NCBI GenBank assembly: GCA_025059195.1
Contig: JANXDU010000031.1
Span: 91,892 to 155,891, forward strand
Length of the DNA stretch: 64,000 nucleotides
Origin: Candidatus Bathyarchaeota archaeon
GTDB taxonomy: Archaea > Thermoproteota > Bathyarchaeia > Bathyarchaeales > Bathycorpusculaceae
Reading direction: 5' to 3'
The notes beneath the pieces are model-generated. The model did not search any database. It was not told the DNA's origin and was given only the letters and a program-made list of their open reading frames with translations. How positions within the stretch are numbered: the stretch's first letter is position 1; each line of letters begins with the position of its first letter. Positions 44,611-54,139 of this stretch are shown one piece after another. The position numbers and the translations under genes were made by a program.

Positions 44611-45760
44611 CCTCCAAGTTTTCTTGTGCAACCTCTTCAATTATTTCTACGGTTCTGTCGACGCCTTTAAATCCGTTGGCGTATTGACTTAATTTCTGCA
44701 CATTTCTCCTATAAACGTCTATGTTCTTCTCCATCTCGCGAAGAGCTTGCATCAATTGATCCGCGTTTTTGGCAATTATAGAGCAGCGCATATCTTGTAG
44801 TTTTTTAGCGTTTGCAAACTGCTCAGGCTGGGTTGGGATACAAATGCATGGTTTCGCATACTTCACAACTTCGAAGCACGTGTTGTGTCCTCCGCTGAAA
44901 ATCACCAGTTTGGCGTTTGCCATGAGATCACTCCTTTCCTGCGGTGAGAGCCACGTGTGTAAAGTGCATTTTCCGATTTTTGCTACTTTTTTATCACCGT
45001 ATTCTCCGAGGCTGACTATACTTTTGGTTTCAAGGCGGCTTAATACGGGAATAACAAGCTTTTTTAATCTAAACCTCGTTCCAATAGGCCCGCTTATGGA
45101 GGCAAAGATATAATTTTTGCTTCCTTTAGTTGAAGCGGCGTCAATGAAGCTCCCGACAAATTCAACTTTTTCTGCAACTTTTATGTCTTCTAAGTTTCCC
45201 AAGTTGTATTCACAAATAGTGTATGGCGGCGGGAGATCCGGAACAACTATTTTTGAACAACTTCTCACATAGCGCTCAGCGAACCTCTCACCTGGAACAA
45301 GCAATGCGGGAAAACTGTAGCTTGGGCGGATAACATTTGTTATGTAAACTGATGGAAAACGCCACCTGTGAGCTAAGCGCACTGCATGTAGATCACTGTC
45401 TGAAACAATGACATCGGGCTTAATTTTCAAGATATTTTTCCTTAGGTCGTAATACCGGCGTATTGTTTCTATGCCGCTGGGAAGCTTGAAATCAAGCACT
45501 TCCCTTTCCGGGTTAACTCGCGGTAAAGGAAAGAGGATGTTTAGAATAGATGCGGAAACAATTATTCCATGGGCATTCTCGTACCAACCCACTGGTGTGC
45601 AGTGGTGGACATTTCTAAACTCTTTTTTCAAAAGTTTGTAGGCGTTTCCTCCAGAGAAGAAGAAAAGCTGGTTTCCCTTGGCTTCTAGCCTCTTCCCTAA
45701 AACCGTAAGCCTAGAAACATGTCCCAAACCGAGTTCCGAGCAGCTAAGCATTAACCGCAT
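44588..45760 (-). CDS. GT-B fold glycosyltransferase (GT1/GT28, MurG/UDP-glycosyltransferase-like)
   Basis: N-terminus SELGLGHVSRLTVLGKRL and a C-terminal SGGHNT..E motif. Substrate unknown. Confidence 0.6.
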   Translation of the reverse strand: MRLMLSCSELGLGHVSRLTVLGKRLEAKGNQLFFFSGGNAYKLLKKEFRNVHHCTPVGWYENAHGIIVSASILNILFPLPRVNPEREVLDFKLPSGIETIRRYYDLRKNILKIKPDVIVSDSDLHAVRLAHRWRFPSVYITNVIRPSYSFPALLVPGERFAERYVRSCSKIVVPDLPPPYTICEYNLGNLEDIKVAEKVEFVGSFIDAASTKGSKNYIFASISGPIGTRFRLKKLVIPVLSRLETKSIVSLGEYGDKKVAKIGKCTLHTWLSPQERSDLMANAKLVIFSGGHNTCFEVVKYAKPCICIPTQPEQFANAKKLQDMRCSIIAKNADQLMQALREMEKNIDVYRRNVQKLSQYANGFKGVDRTVEIIEEVAQENLEAKGGFCA

Positions 45761-45845
45761 AATTCAAAGGAAGGCTACTGCCATTTATTTCAGTTGCTCC
45801 ACAAAACTGTTAAATACGGAGTAATGAATGGTGAAGTGGTAAAAC

Positions 45846-46715
45846 ATGTTCCTGCCTAAGAAGATTTTGGAAGAAAAGCTCCGGCAAATGCTCGCAGAAG
45901 ACCTTGGACAAGGCGACATAACGACAGCCATTTTAATTCCAGAGGGCTGCACGGCAGAAGCAGAAATAATAGCCAAAGAGGCAGGTATAGTTGCAGGAAT
46001 GGATGAAGCAAAGACGCTTCTCGAAAGTGTAGGCTTAAAGTTTGAAACCTATGTAGTAGACGGAGACAAAATAGAACCCAAACAAGTTCTAATGAAAATC
46101 TTCGGAGATGCAAGAATTATACTATCCGTTGAGCGAACTTTATTAAACATTATATCACGAATGAGCGGCATAGCAACCATCACGAGAGAGCTTGTCGACA
46201 AAGTCCAAAAAGCAGGATACAAAACAAAAGTTGCATGCACAAGAAAAACGGCGCCTGGACTGCTTTACTTTGACAAAAAAGCCGTCTTTATAGGCGGAGG
46301 AGACCCGCATAGGTTCCACTTAGACGACATGATCTTGGTGAAAGATAATCACATCGCAGTAGTGGGAGGCGTTGAGCAAGCCATTGAAGCAGTCAGGAAA
46401 AAGGCCTCTTTCAGCAAGAAAATTGAGGTCGAGATAGCTAAAGTTGAAGACGTCTTGAGGGCGGCTGAAGCGGGAGCAGACGTGATAATGTTGGACAATT
46501 TTTCACCTAAACAAGTGGAAGAGGCTGTTAAAATTCTGAAAAAAGCTGGATACTACGGGAAAGTCGTGTTGGAAGCCAGTGGTGGAATAACCGCTGGTAA
46601 CATTATTGATTACGCTGCAAAAGGAGTTGACATAATAAGTCTGGGTGAAATAACCCACAGTGTAAAAGCCTTAGACATAAGCTTGGAGATTACAAAGGTC
46701 AAGAGGGCTAAGTGA
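45846..46715 (+). CDS. nadC: nicotinate-nucleotide pyrophosphorylase (quinolinate phosphoribosyltransferase)
   Basis: LAEDLGQGDITT, ERTLLN, TRKT.PG, HR..L.D and MLDN motifs. Confidence 0.92.
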   Translation: MFLPKKILEEKLRQMLAEDLGQGDITTAILIPEGCTAEAEIIAKEAGIVAGMDEAKTLLESVGLKFETYVVDGDKIEPKQVLMKIFGDARIILSVERTLLNIISRMSGIATITRELVDKVQKAGYKTKVACTRKTAPGLLYFDKKAVFIGGGDPHRFHLDDMILVKDNHIAVVGGVEQAIEAVRKKASFSKKIEVEIAKVEDVLRAAEAGADVIMLDNFSPKQVEEAVKILKKAGYYGKVVLEASGGITAGNIIDYAAKGVDIISLGEITHSVKALDISLEITKVKRAK

Positions 46716-47286
46716 AGGCCTTTATTATTGCCATCTCGATGAAGGCCGCCATTAACAGCATCACTGCACATATAGAAACCATGATACACGCGTTCACAAG
46801 CTCCCTTTTCCAGTTACGCTTAACGATACGCCAGCTTAACCAAGCGCTTTCAGCAAAGGCGATAGAGTATGATAAAAACTCAAGCCATGTGAATGGAAAA
46901 ATGAACAACGACAAAAACGTCCAGTGTGGGTTTATGCCGCTGTCAATGCTTTGTGCCGCTATTACAACCCCGGTGCTGTAAAGCACATAAAATCCAAAGA
47001 CCGGCCCCGCAAATGGCGCAAAGAAGGATAGGCACAAAAAGAAATTATTGCCAAAAATTAGCGTGGACCCACGAAAAATGTCGACTTTTAAAACATATTC
47101 ACGCAACTCTTTCATTTCCTCGTTTATACTGGAAACTTCTTCACGGGTTAGAGGCGTTGAAACACCAGCTACGGTGGCAGCTATTGAAAGAAGGAAAAAC
47201 ATTAGGATTGCAATTATACGCTTCACCTTTGTCGGCAACCCTTTCCAAAAGTTTGACATAAGTGTCTTAGCTCCCTTACGGCTCAT
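46708..47286 (-). CDS. SpoIIM-like (DUF95) integral membrane protein
   Basis: About 5 TM with a family-like core (FGNNFFLCLSFFAPFAGPVFGFYVLYSTGVVIA, FPFTWLEFLSYSIA). The start overlaps the upstream gene stop (ATGA). Confidence 0.5.
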   Translation of the reverse strand: MSRKGAKTLMSNFWKGLPTKVKRIIAILMFFLLSIAATVAGVSTPLTREEVSSINEEMKELREYVLKVDIFRGSTLIFGNNFFLCLSFFAPFAGPVFGFYVLYSTGVVIAAQSIDSGINPHWTFLSLFIFPFTWLEFLSYSIAFAESAWLSWRIVKRNWKRELVNACIMVSICAVMLLMAAFIEMAIIKAFT

Positions 47287-47996
47287 GTCATGCTTTTGGG
47301 GCTTATTTTCAACACCCTAAAACCCCTTGCACAAGGGTTTAGCATTTCCGCGATATCAATTTTTTCCAAAACTTTATTGCCGTCTTTTGCATAGCCTAAG
47401 ACATCGTGCTCCGCCGCCATTAAAGAGTGTAAATAAACTTTGTCTCCTATAATCCTCGGCTGACATTTTGAGGGTAGCCCAAGGATTAAAGGCTCTTTCT
47501 GTTCTAAAGCTCTTTCTGAAGCGTATATTACGGCGTGAGCCCCCGCCGTCAACTCAGCGATTCTTACGGGAATGCTCTCTTTCCCGATGGCTAGAATTTC
47601 TATGCCATATTTTTGCGAGATTTCTCCGGCAATCTTTCTTAACTTTGGAAGAATTTTTATAAGATTGCTTCTAGCCCTGCCGGAAAGTTTCATGTTTGAA
47701 AACTGTATGGGGGAAAGCTCTTCTAGGGAAACTGCTCCAAGAGACATGTCAACGTGAATGACATCTGCCTCTGCTTTTGCAAGCAACTGTCTACACAACT
47801 CAGCTTCTTGGACTATGGCCTCGTGGCTATTTATAGCGTCTGCGTAAATTGGCTTAGCTAGATATTCACTAGGCTCCCGGTAGGGCGGCTTAACTAAAAC
47901 GGCGGCCGCTGCGACGATAACCGTTGGCTCAAATTTCTTGTTTAAAATGGCCGACGCAGAATCCGCAGCAATTACCCTCAAAGGTTTCACCCTCAT
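47283..47996 (-). CDS. conserved-looking hypothetical protein (237 aa), family not recognised
   Basis: ATG ORF translationally coupled to the SpoIIM-like gene. Acidic clusters (VIAADSAS, VIHVDMSLG) might indicate a metal-dependent hydrolase or nuclease fold, but that is speculation. Confidence 0.45.
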   Translation of the reverse strand: MRVKPLRVIAADSASAILNKKFEPTVIVAAAAVLVKPPYREPSEYLAKPIYADAINSHEAIVQEAELCRQLLAKAEADVIHVDMSLGAVSLEELSPIQFSNMKLSGRARSNLIKILPKLRKIAGEISQKYGIEILAIGKESIPVRIAELTAGAHAVIYASERALEQKEPLILGLPSKCQPRIIGDKVYLHSLMAAEHDVLGYAKDGNKVLEKIDIAEMLNPCARGFRVLKISPKSMT

Positions 47997-48040
47997 TTAC
48001 TAAGATTTAAGGTTGAAAGAATTTAGCTCTACCGCTCACT

Positions 48041-48721
48041 TTAACTGTTGTGTGAAATCTCAGCTTGCAGGCCAAGACCTAAAACAAAAAGTTCAGAACT
48101 TTTTGCTCTGCTGGCTTTTGGCTTTATAACTTTCACGTCTTTAAAGTGCTTTTTAACTTTGCTTACGAAATCGTTTAGCATGTCCCCTTGGAAAACTTTT
48201 ACAAAAAAGTTTCCGTTTGGCTTTAGTATTTCAAGGGCTATTTCTAAAGCTTTCTGAGCAAGATCTATTTGGCGAGCATGGTCCAACTCCCAAATTCCGG
48301 AGATGTTCGGCGAGACGTCTGAAACAACTACGTCGGCTTTTCTCGGAAGCATTTCCAAAATCTGCTTTCTCGTGTCCTCTTCTGTTATATCACCGACGAT
48401 TGTTCGTACATTGCGTTCTGGAAATGGCTCCATGGGCTTCAGGTCAACTCCTAAAACGAAACCTTTAGCTCCAACAATCTTCCTTGAGGCTTGCGTCCAA
48501 CCTCCTGGTGCTGCACCTAAATCCACAACGACGTCGCCTTCATCAATGAAATGGTACTTTTCCACTGCTTGAAGTAGTTTGTAGGCTGCTCTTGAACGGT
48601 AACTCTCTTCTTTCGCTCTTTTATAGTAATAGTCTCTTTTACGTTCCTGAATCCAAGCTTTAGGCAAAACTAGCTGTCCCCTAAAATGTTGTATGTAGAT
48701 TCTGCGATGCGGAAAAGCCAT
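48041..48721 (-). CDS. rlmE: 23S rRNA (uridine-2'-O)-methyltransferase RlmE/FtsJ
   Basis: W(I/L)QE...YRSRAAYKLLQ and the SAM motif VVDLGAAPGGW, followed by DVVVSD. An alternative TTG start at 48667 would remove the 52-nt overlap with the upstream gene. Confidence 0.88.
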   Translation of the reverse strand: MAFPHRRIYIQHFRGQLVLPKAWIQERKRDYYYKRAKEESYRSRAAYKLLQAVEKYHFIDEGDVVVDLGAAPGGWTQASRKIVGAKGFVLGVDLKPMEPFPERNVRTIVGDITEEDTRKQILEMLPRKADVVVSDVSPNISGIWELDHARQIDLAQKALEIALEILKPNGNFFVKVFQGDMLNDFVSKVKKHFKDVKVIKPKASRAKSSELFVLGLGLQAEISHNS

Positions 48722-49047
48722 TCAGAAAGCTTTCCACAGTCTTGAGGTGTAATGTTGCCAGAAGGCCCACATCTTGGGCTGTCAGGGCACATCATACATG
48801 GGCAGTCGGCTATAGAGTCTATGGAGGCTGGAAGCCTTTTCGGGTAAAGCCTATATGTCCATCTGCCGTCGCGGAGTTCTCTCTCCCGCCGTATGAGTCC
48901 TTTGCTTTCAAGTTTAAGGGCTATTCGGGAGCCTTCCCTGCTGCTTGCTCCAAGCTTTCGCCATAATTCAGATTGAAGCAAACCCTCGTTTCCAGCGTTC
49001 ATTATTATTTGTAGTGCTTTTTGCTCTAAATCGTTGGGTTTCGGCAT
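48670..49047 (-). CDS. winged-helix protein with C-terminal Cys cluster (possibly TFE-beta/RPC34-like)
   Basis: N-terminal wHTH (LLQSELWRKLGASSREGSRIALKLESKGLIRRE). The C-terminal CPCMMCPDSPRC-x10-C cluster would suit an Fe-S or Zn site. Confidence 0.55.
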   Translation of the reverse strand: MPKPNDLEQKALQIIMNAGNEGLLQSELWRKLGASSREGSRIALKLESKGLIRRERELRDGRWTYRLYPKRLPASIDSIADCPCMMCPDSPRCGPSGNITPQDCGKLSEWLFRIAESTYNILGDS

Positions 49048-49140
49048 CTTCTCCCTTCAGTCTCCACGCAGATATATAGGCGTTCACATTAAAATATGTT
49101 TAATCAAACATAAAATGATTTAGGTTGAAAGGCGAGCTAA

Positions 49141-50163
49141 ATGGAAAAGGGAAAAACAAGGGATGGCTACTGTCTTGGCATTGAAAGCACAGCAGACGAC
49201 TTTAGCGTTGGAATTGCAACTTTCAAAGGCGAAATTCTAGCCAACGTTATAAGCGCCTACATACCGCCCGAAGGGGGGATCCATCCCAGAGAAGCTTCAC
49301 GTCACCATGCGGAAGTGGCAAGCAAAGTTTTAGAAGAGGCTTTCCGAAAAGCCTGCATAAAACCAAGGGACTTGGCCGTCATTGCTTTTTCTCAAGGTCC
49401 TGGACTTGGGCCGTGTCTTAGAACTGGTGCTGCGGTGGCGAGGGCGTTAGCCTCGTATCTGCATGTTCCGCTTGTTGGAGTTAATCACTGCGTGGCTCAC
49501 ATTGAGATAGGGAAACTGAAAGCTGGTGCAAAAGACCCAGTTACGCTTTATGTTTCTGGTGGAAACACTATAGTGGCGGCTTTTGACGCTGGACGGTACA
49601 GAGTTTTTGGTGAAACATTAGACATCGCCTTGGGGAACTGTTTAGACGTTTTTGCAAGAGAAGCCGGATTAAAACAAAAGCCCGGAGAACCCTTCGGAGC
49701 TATCGTTGAGAAACTCGCGAAAAGTGGAAAACGTCTTGTACCGTTGCCTTATGCAGTTAGGGGAATGGACATGTCCTTCAGTGGACTTTTGACGGCAGCT
49801 ATAAAAGCCCTTCAAAAAGGGGATTATAAGCTGGAAGACTTGTGTTACAGCCTCCAAGAAACGGCGTTTTCAATGGTTGTCGAGGTTACTGAAAGAGCCC
49901 TAGCTCACACAGAGAAAAAGGAAGTCTTGTTAACGGGGGGTGTTGCCGCAAATAGAAGGCTTCAAGAAATGGTTCGCTTTATTGCCGAGGAGCATAACGC
50001 AAAGTTCTGCACAGTTCCAAGTGAATACGCCATTGACAATGGAGCCATGATTGCATGGACTGGCGTTTTAGCTTTCACTCACGGCATCACAACCCCTATT
50101 GAGAAGAGTTATGTGCGGTTGAAGTGGCGTCTTGAAGAGGTTGAAGTTCCTTGGATGAAATAA
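49141..50163 (+). CDS. kae1: Kae1 (tRNA N6-adenosine threonylcarbamoyltransferase, KEOPS catalytic subunit)
   Basis: LGIESTADD, GPGLGPCLR, NHCVAHIE, SGGNT, GGVAAN and DNGAMIA motifs. Confidence 0.93.
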   Translation: MEKGKTRDGYCLGIESTADDFSVGIATFKGEILANVISAYIPPEGGIHPREASRHHAEVASKVLEEAFRKACIKPRDLAVIAFSQGPGLGPCLRTGAAVARALASYLHVPLVGVNHCVAHIEIGKLKAGAKDPVTLYVSGGNTIVAAFDAGRYRVFGETLDIALGNCLDVFAREAGLKQKPGEPFGAIVEKLAKSGKRLVPLPYAVRGMDMSFSGLLTAAIKALQKGDYKLEDLCYSLQETAFSMVVEVTERALAHTEKKEVLLTGGVAANRRLQEMVRFIAEEHNAKFCTVPSEYAIDNGAMIAWTGVLAFTHGITTPIEKSYVRLKWRLEEVEVPWMK

Positions 50164-50810
50164 AACAGCCACTCCTCATCAAAAAGGGCGCAGAGGCCCA
50201 TTTGTTCCTCGCTGAATGGCATAATAAAATAGTTATATTGAAGAGGCGTTTGCCCAAAAAGTACAGAGTCGCAGCCTTAGACGACCAAATTAAAACGTAT
50301 AGAACCATTCACGAGTCCCGGTTAATGCACGAAGCCAAAAAAGCCGGAGTGCCAACACCAACGATATTTTTTGTAGACGTAAAAAACTCCACCATAATAA
50401 TGGAGTTTATCAAAGGAAAACAGCTGAAACAGTTGTGTAACGAGGTTTCAGAAAAAAAGAGAATACAACTATTTAGGGAAGTCGGTAGGTTGATTGGGAA
50501 ACTCCATAAATATGGAATAGTTCACGGTGACTTAACAACTTCAAACATGATCCAAGCTTCGGATGGGAAAATTTTCTTCGTAGACTTTGGATTAAGCGAA
50601 AAAACAAGAGAGCTTGAAGCGAGAGGTGTGGATCTACACCTCATGAAAAGGGCGTTACAGAGCACCCATTTTCGGTATGCGGAAAAATGTTTCGACGCTA
50701 TAATTGAGGGCTACTCAAATGTTTTAGGGGCTGGTGAAGTGAGAAACGTTCTAGACAAAATAAGGGAGATAGAGAGTAGAGGACGATACATAGCTGAAAG
50801 GAGGCGGTGA
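50151..50810 (+). CDS. bud32: Bud32 (Kae1-associated atypical kinase/ATPase, KEOPS)
   Basis: IKKGAEAHLF...ILKRRLPKKYR, HGDLTTSNM and DFGLS. The TTG start overlaps the kae1 3' end by 13 nt in another frame. Confidence 0.88.
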   Translation: MDEIKQPLLIKKGAEAHLFLAEWHNKIVILKRRLPKKYRVAALDDQIKTYRTIHESRLMHEAKKAGVPTPTIFFVDVKNSTIIMEFIKGKQLKQLCNEVSEKKRIQLFREVGRLIGKLHKYGIVHGDLTTSNMIQASDGKIFFVDFGLSEKTRELEARGVDLHLMKRALQSTHFRYAEKCFDAIIEGYSNVLGAGEVRNVLDKIREIESRGRYIAERRR

Positions 50811-50820
50811 GGAAACCACA

Positions 50821-51213
50821 ATGAAAACCGTTTGGTGCATAACATTTTATGTGGGAATCTTTGGTTTGGAAAAGAAATATGAGCATGGAAGCTATTTTGG
50901 TTTCGAGTGCAGCGGGGTCGAAATAGGTTTAATTCCAAAACTTAAGGGAGGAGAACGAATCGCTCCAATCTCACCGTCTATAAATTTTCTAGGGTATGAC
51001 GCTGAAGAGTTCTATAATGGATTAGAGAGTAAGGGCGTAAAGTTTGTTGAGGAGATGTGTGAAGAACCGTGGGGTGTAAAACATGCCACTTTTACAGATC
51101 TCGACGGAAACCTTTTAGAAATTGTGCAGATTAACTGGGAAAATACTTTAGCGGGTCTTCCGAAGGAGCTTAAAAGAAACGTGAATCGACATGAGCTTCC
51201 AATTAAAGGGTAA
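50821..51213 (+). CDS. VOC/glyoxalase-fold family protein
   Basis: FYVGIFGLE...EPWGVKHATFTDLDGNLLEIVQ. The N-terminus looks about 8-10 residues shorter than typical VOC modules. Confidence 0.65.
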   Translation: MKTVWCITFYVGIFGLEKKYEHGSYFGFECSGVEIGLIPKLKGGERIAPISPSINFLGYDAEEFYNGLESKGVKFVEEMCEEPWGVKHATFTDLDGNLLEIVQINWENTLAGLPKELKRNVNRHELPIKG

Positions 51214-51778
51214 AGTTATATTCTTTGCTACAAACAACATTAACAAGTTCAATGAAGCCCGTAGAGTTTTAAGCCGCTATGGAATAGCCGTAGGCATGTT
51301 AAAGGTTAAAACGCTGGAAATTCAAAGCGAAAGTCTGGAAGAGATTGCAAGGACGAGTGCCATCCATGCTTTCCAACAGTGCCGGCTCCCAGTCATAGTT
51401 GAGGACGCGGGCGTATTCATAGAAGCCCTAAACGGTTTTCCTGGACCATACGCCTCCTTTGTCTATAAAACCATCGGAAACGAAGGCTTACTAAAGCTTA
51501 TGAAAAAAGTTGCTAATAGAAAAGCCCGTTTCCAGTCTGTAGTTGCTTACTTATCTGAAGAATTAGACATGCCTATCTGTTTTAAGGGAGAGGTTCTCGG
51601 AGAAATAACAGAGGAAGTTCGAAAAGGGCGCTCTGGTTTCGGTTTCGACCCGATTTTCAAACCTTACGGTAGCGAGAAAACCTTTGCCGAGATGAATTTA
51701 GACGAAAAGAACAAGTATTCGCATAGAGCTAAAGCTCTCCGAAAATTTGCCAAATGGTATAAGGGCTTAAAAGTTTAA
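51191..51778 (+). CDS. non-canonical purine NTP pyrophosphatase (ITPase, RdgB/HAM1 family)
   Basis: IFFATNNINKFNEA, EDAGVFIEALNGFPG, GFGFDPIF, and SHR.KA motifs. Confidence 0.9.
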   Translation: MSFQLKGKVIFFATNNINKFNEARRVLSRYGIAVGMLKVKTLEIQSESLEEIARTSAIHAFQQCRLPVIVEDAGVFIEALNGFPGPYASFVYKTIGNEGLLKLMKKVANRKARFQSVVAYLSEELDMPICFKGEVLGEITEEVRKGRSGFGFDPIFKPYGSEKTFAEMNLDEKNKYSHRAKALRKFAKWYKGLKV

Positions 51779-52180
51779 AAGTAAACTCTGAATCGTGAAG
51801 GTTTTCTGTTGATTGAAAAACAAGCCAACACCCCAAAGGAGGTTCTGCCAACTGTGGTTTACGGGTTGACTATATTTATGTTAGGGGACACCGCTCCATT
51901 CTAACTGAAAAACGCATTGTTTTATTTTAAAAAATTCATTGCCGTGTCTGTTAGGGAACTTATGTACAGCGAAATAACCAAACATGATTATAAATCAATT
52001 CCATACCCTATTTTAAAGGCCTTCTTACACGAGAGTCGAGTTGAAAGATGTTAGCGATCCATTGAAAATCGCGAGCGAACTGTTCAATTTAATGCGCGTT
52101 CACAGTTTGAGCTGAAAGTTTAAATCGAAGGTCTTAAATATCCGTCTATCCTCGCTCTTTACAAACTAGACGGGGTAAGC

Positions 52181-52621
52181 ATGCCTAAGCGGGAAAAAGG
52201 TAAATCCCATTCCACAAGACCCGTTAGCAAACGTCCTCCGAGCTGGTGTAAATACCAGCCTGAAGAAGTGGAAGCACTGGTTATTAAACTGGCTAAGGAA
52301 GGGCACCCTCCGAGCCGTATAGGAGCGATCCTAAGAGACCAATATGCTGTCCCGCTTGTTAAGCCATTAACTGGAAAGACCATAACCCAAATTCTTAAGG
52401 AGGCTGGACTTGCTTCGTCTATACCCGAGGATCTTGGAAACCTTCTAAAAAGAGCCGCTAGGCTTTCCGCCCACCTTGAAAAGCATAAAAAAGACGTGCA
52501 TAACAAGAGGGCTTTGCAACTTGTTGAAGCAAAAATTCACAGGCTTGCAGAATATTATAAGCAAGAGGGAGTATTGCCTCCCGACTGGAAATATGAGCCG
52601 AAAGCAGCCTCTATAGTGTAA
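52181..52621 (+). CDS. rps15: ribosomal protein uS15 (S13e type)
   Basis: GKSHSTRP...PSW...EEVEALVIKLAKEGHPPSRIGAILRDQYAVP and a C-terminal S15 helix bundle. Confidence 0.92.
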   Translation: MPKREKGKSHSTRPVSKRPPSWCKYQPEEVEALVIKLAKEGHPPSRIGAILRDQYAVPLVKPLTGKTITQILKEAGLASSIPEDLGNLLKRAARLSAHLEKHKKDVHNKRALQLVEAKIHRLAEYYKQEGVLPPDWKYEPKAASIV

Positions 52622-52689
52622 AATGAGAATTTTCCCTTCCTAGTTTTGAACTTTTAAGTAGGGAAATCCTAAAATTACTGTGATAAGGA

Positions 52690-54138
52690 ATGGGGCTAAG
52701 TTATAAACAAACCGCAAGTTTTTTCGAAAGTGTTTCAAAAGTAGCTGAAACTATACGGAAAGCTGCAAAAGAGGATCTTTCCATCTGTATTTTCTCGCAT
52801 CTAGACGCAGATGGTATAGCTGCCGCCGGCATTGTTGGTAAGGCTCTGTATCGAATTGACGCAAGATTTAGAATTAGGATAACCCAATGGGTTGACGAGA
52901 AACTCGTAAATGAGATAGTAGAAGAAAAGCCTCAGATGGTTATTTTCACAGACCTAGGAAGTGATCATGCCCTTCTGCTAGGACAGAAAGCTCCAGAAAT
53001 CATAACTGCTGTCTTAGATCATCACCAAGTCGGTGGGGCTGTTGAGGATTTTCTGGGCGTGAACCCCCACACTTATGGCATCGACGGAGCTATAGACATA
53101 AGCAGTTCAGGAATAGCCTACTTTGTGGCTAAAGCCATTGATAGGGCAAACATGGATTTGGCGCCCATCGCTGTCGTCGGCGCCCTTGGAGACTTGCAAG
53201 ACAAATATGACCAGCGGAGGCTCGGAGGCTTAAACGAGAAAATAGTTGAAGACGCGAAAAGCCAAGGACTGTTAACGGTTGAAAAAGATTTGATATTGTT
53301 TGGAAGAGAAACGCGCCCTATCTACAAAGCCTTAGCTTCCACAACGAACCCCTTTATCCCAGGCATAAGCGGAGATGAAAGCAAAAGTTTTGCTTTCCTA
53401 AATAGCCTTGGTATAAAAACGAAAGTGGATGATAAATGGCGAGCTTTAAGGGATTTAACAGAAGAAGAGAAAAAAAGACTATGCTCAGCCCTTGCAGAGT
53501 ATCTACTTTCAAAGGGGCTCCACTATGAAGTCTCAAACCTTATAGGCCACGTTTATACGTTGACCCGAGAGGATTCATGGACGCCGCTTCGAGATGCAAG
53601 AGAATTTGCTGTTCTACTAAACGCAACTGGACGAATGAACAGGCCAGGAGCAGGTATTGCAGTATGTATGGGTGACAGAAGCGCGGCTCTTGAAGAGGCA
53701 AATAGAGTTTTGGAAGAATACCGGCGAACCATTAATAGGTATTTGAGCTGGATCATGGAAAACCCCGAAAGGATGAAGGAGTTTGAGAACATTTATGTTG
53801 TTTATGGCGAGGACTTTATAGACGACAAAATTGTTGGCGCCATATCTTCCATCCTTTCGACTTCCCTGCCAAACCCTGAAAAACCATTAATAGCCTATGC
53901 AGATGTTAAAGGGGAAGGTCTAGTAAAGGTGTCTGCCAGAACGGTGGACGCTGTTGTCTCGAGAGGCATTAATCTTGGAGAGATTATGAAAATAGCAGCT
54001 GAGAAATGCCTTGGAAAAGGTGGAGGCCACGATATAGCGGCAGGCGCACAAATACCCGCCGAAAATGTAGAAACTTTCATTAGGCTTGTCAACGAGTTGG
54101 TGGGTAAAAAGTTTAGTGGAGAAAAAATTGGAAGCTGA
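52690..54138 (+). CDS. RecJ-like DHH/DHHA1 phosphoesterase (archaeal GAN/Cdc45-like)
   Basis: DHH motifs (SHLDADGIAAAG, FTDLG, LDHHQ) and the DHHA1 motif GGGHDIAAG. Confidence 0.85.
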   Translation: MGLSYKQTASFFESVSKVAETIRKAAKEDLSICIFSHLDADGIAAAGIVGKALYRIDARFRIRITQWVDEKLVNEIVEEKPQMVIFTDLGSDHALLLGQKAPEIITAVLDHHQVGGAVEDFLGVNPHTYGIDGAIDISSSGIAYFVAKAIDRANMDLAPIAVVGALGDLQDKYDQRRLGGLNEKIVEDAKSQGLLTVEKDLILFGRETRPIYKALASTTNPFIPGISGDESKSFAFLNSLGIKTKVDDKWRALRDLTEEEKKRLCSALAEYLLSKGLHYEVSNLIGHVYTLTREDSWTPLRDAREFAVLLNATGRMNRPGAGIAVCMGDRSAALEEANRVLEEYRRTINRYLSWIMENPERMKEFENIYVVYGEDFIDDKIVGAISSILSTSLPNPEKPLIAYADVKGEGLVKVSARTVDAVVSRGINLGEIMKIAAEKCLGKGGGHDIAAGAQIPAENVETFIRLVNELVGKKFSGEKIGS

Positions 54139-54139
54139 A

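Noticed and set aside
50151-50163. The Kae1/Bud32 overlap as a programmed frameshift or a broken fusion gene.
   Set aside because: No slippery heptamer is apparent. The Bud32 ORF begins right at the start of its conserved domain with a plausible TTG. Separate genes are common outside Euryarchaeota. It is kept only as a low-interest note.
50821-51213. VOC-fold protein as the missing methylmalonyl-CoA epimerase for the mutase pathway.
   Set aside because: Only generic VOC features are visible. The N-terminus looks truncated relative to typical modules, and the gene is 43 kb from the mutase operon. Nothing supports the specific assignment.
52142-52173. Hairpin CCGTCTA-n18-TAGACGG just upstream of the uS15 start, as a possible autoregulatory leader structure.
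   Set aside because: The best TATA-like element (about 52134-52142) would place the transcription start inside or after the hairpin. The full structure is then probably not transcribed. A 7-bp stem is also weak evidence.
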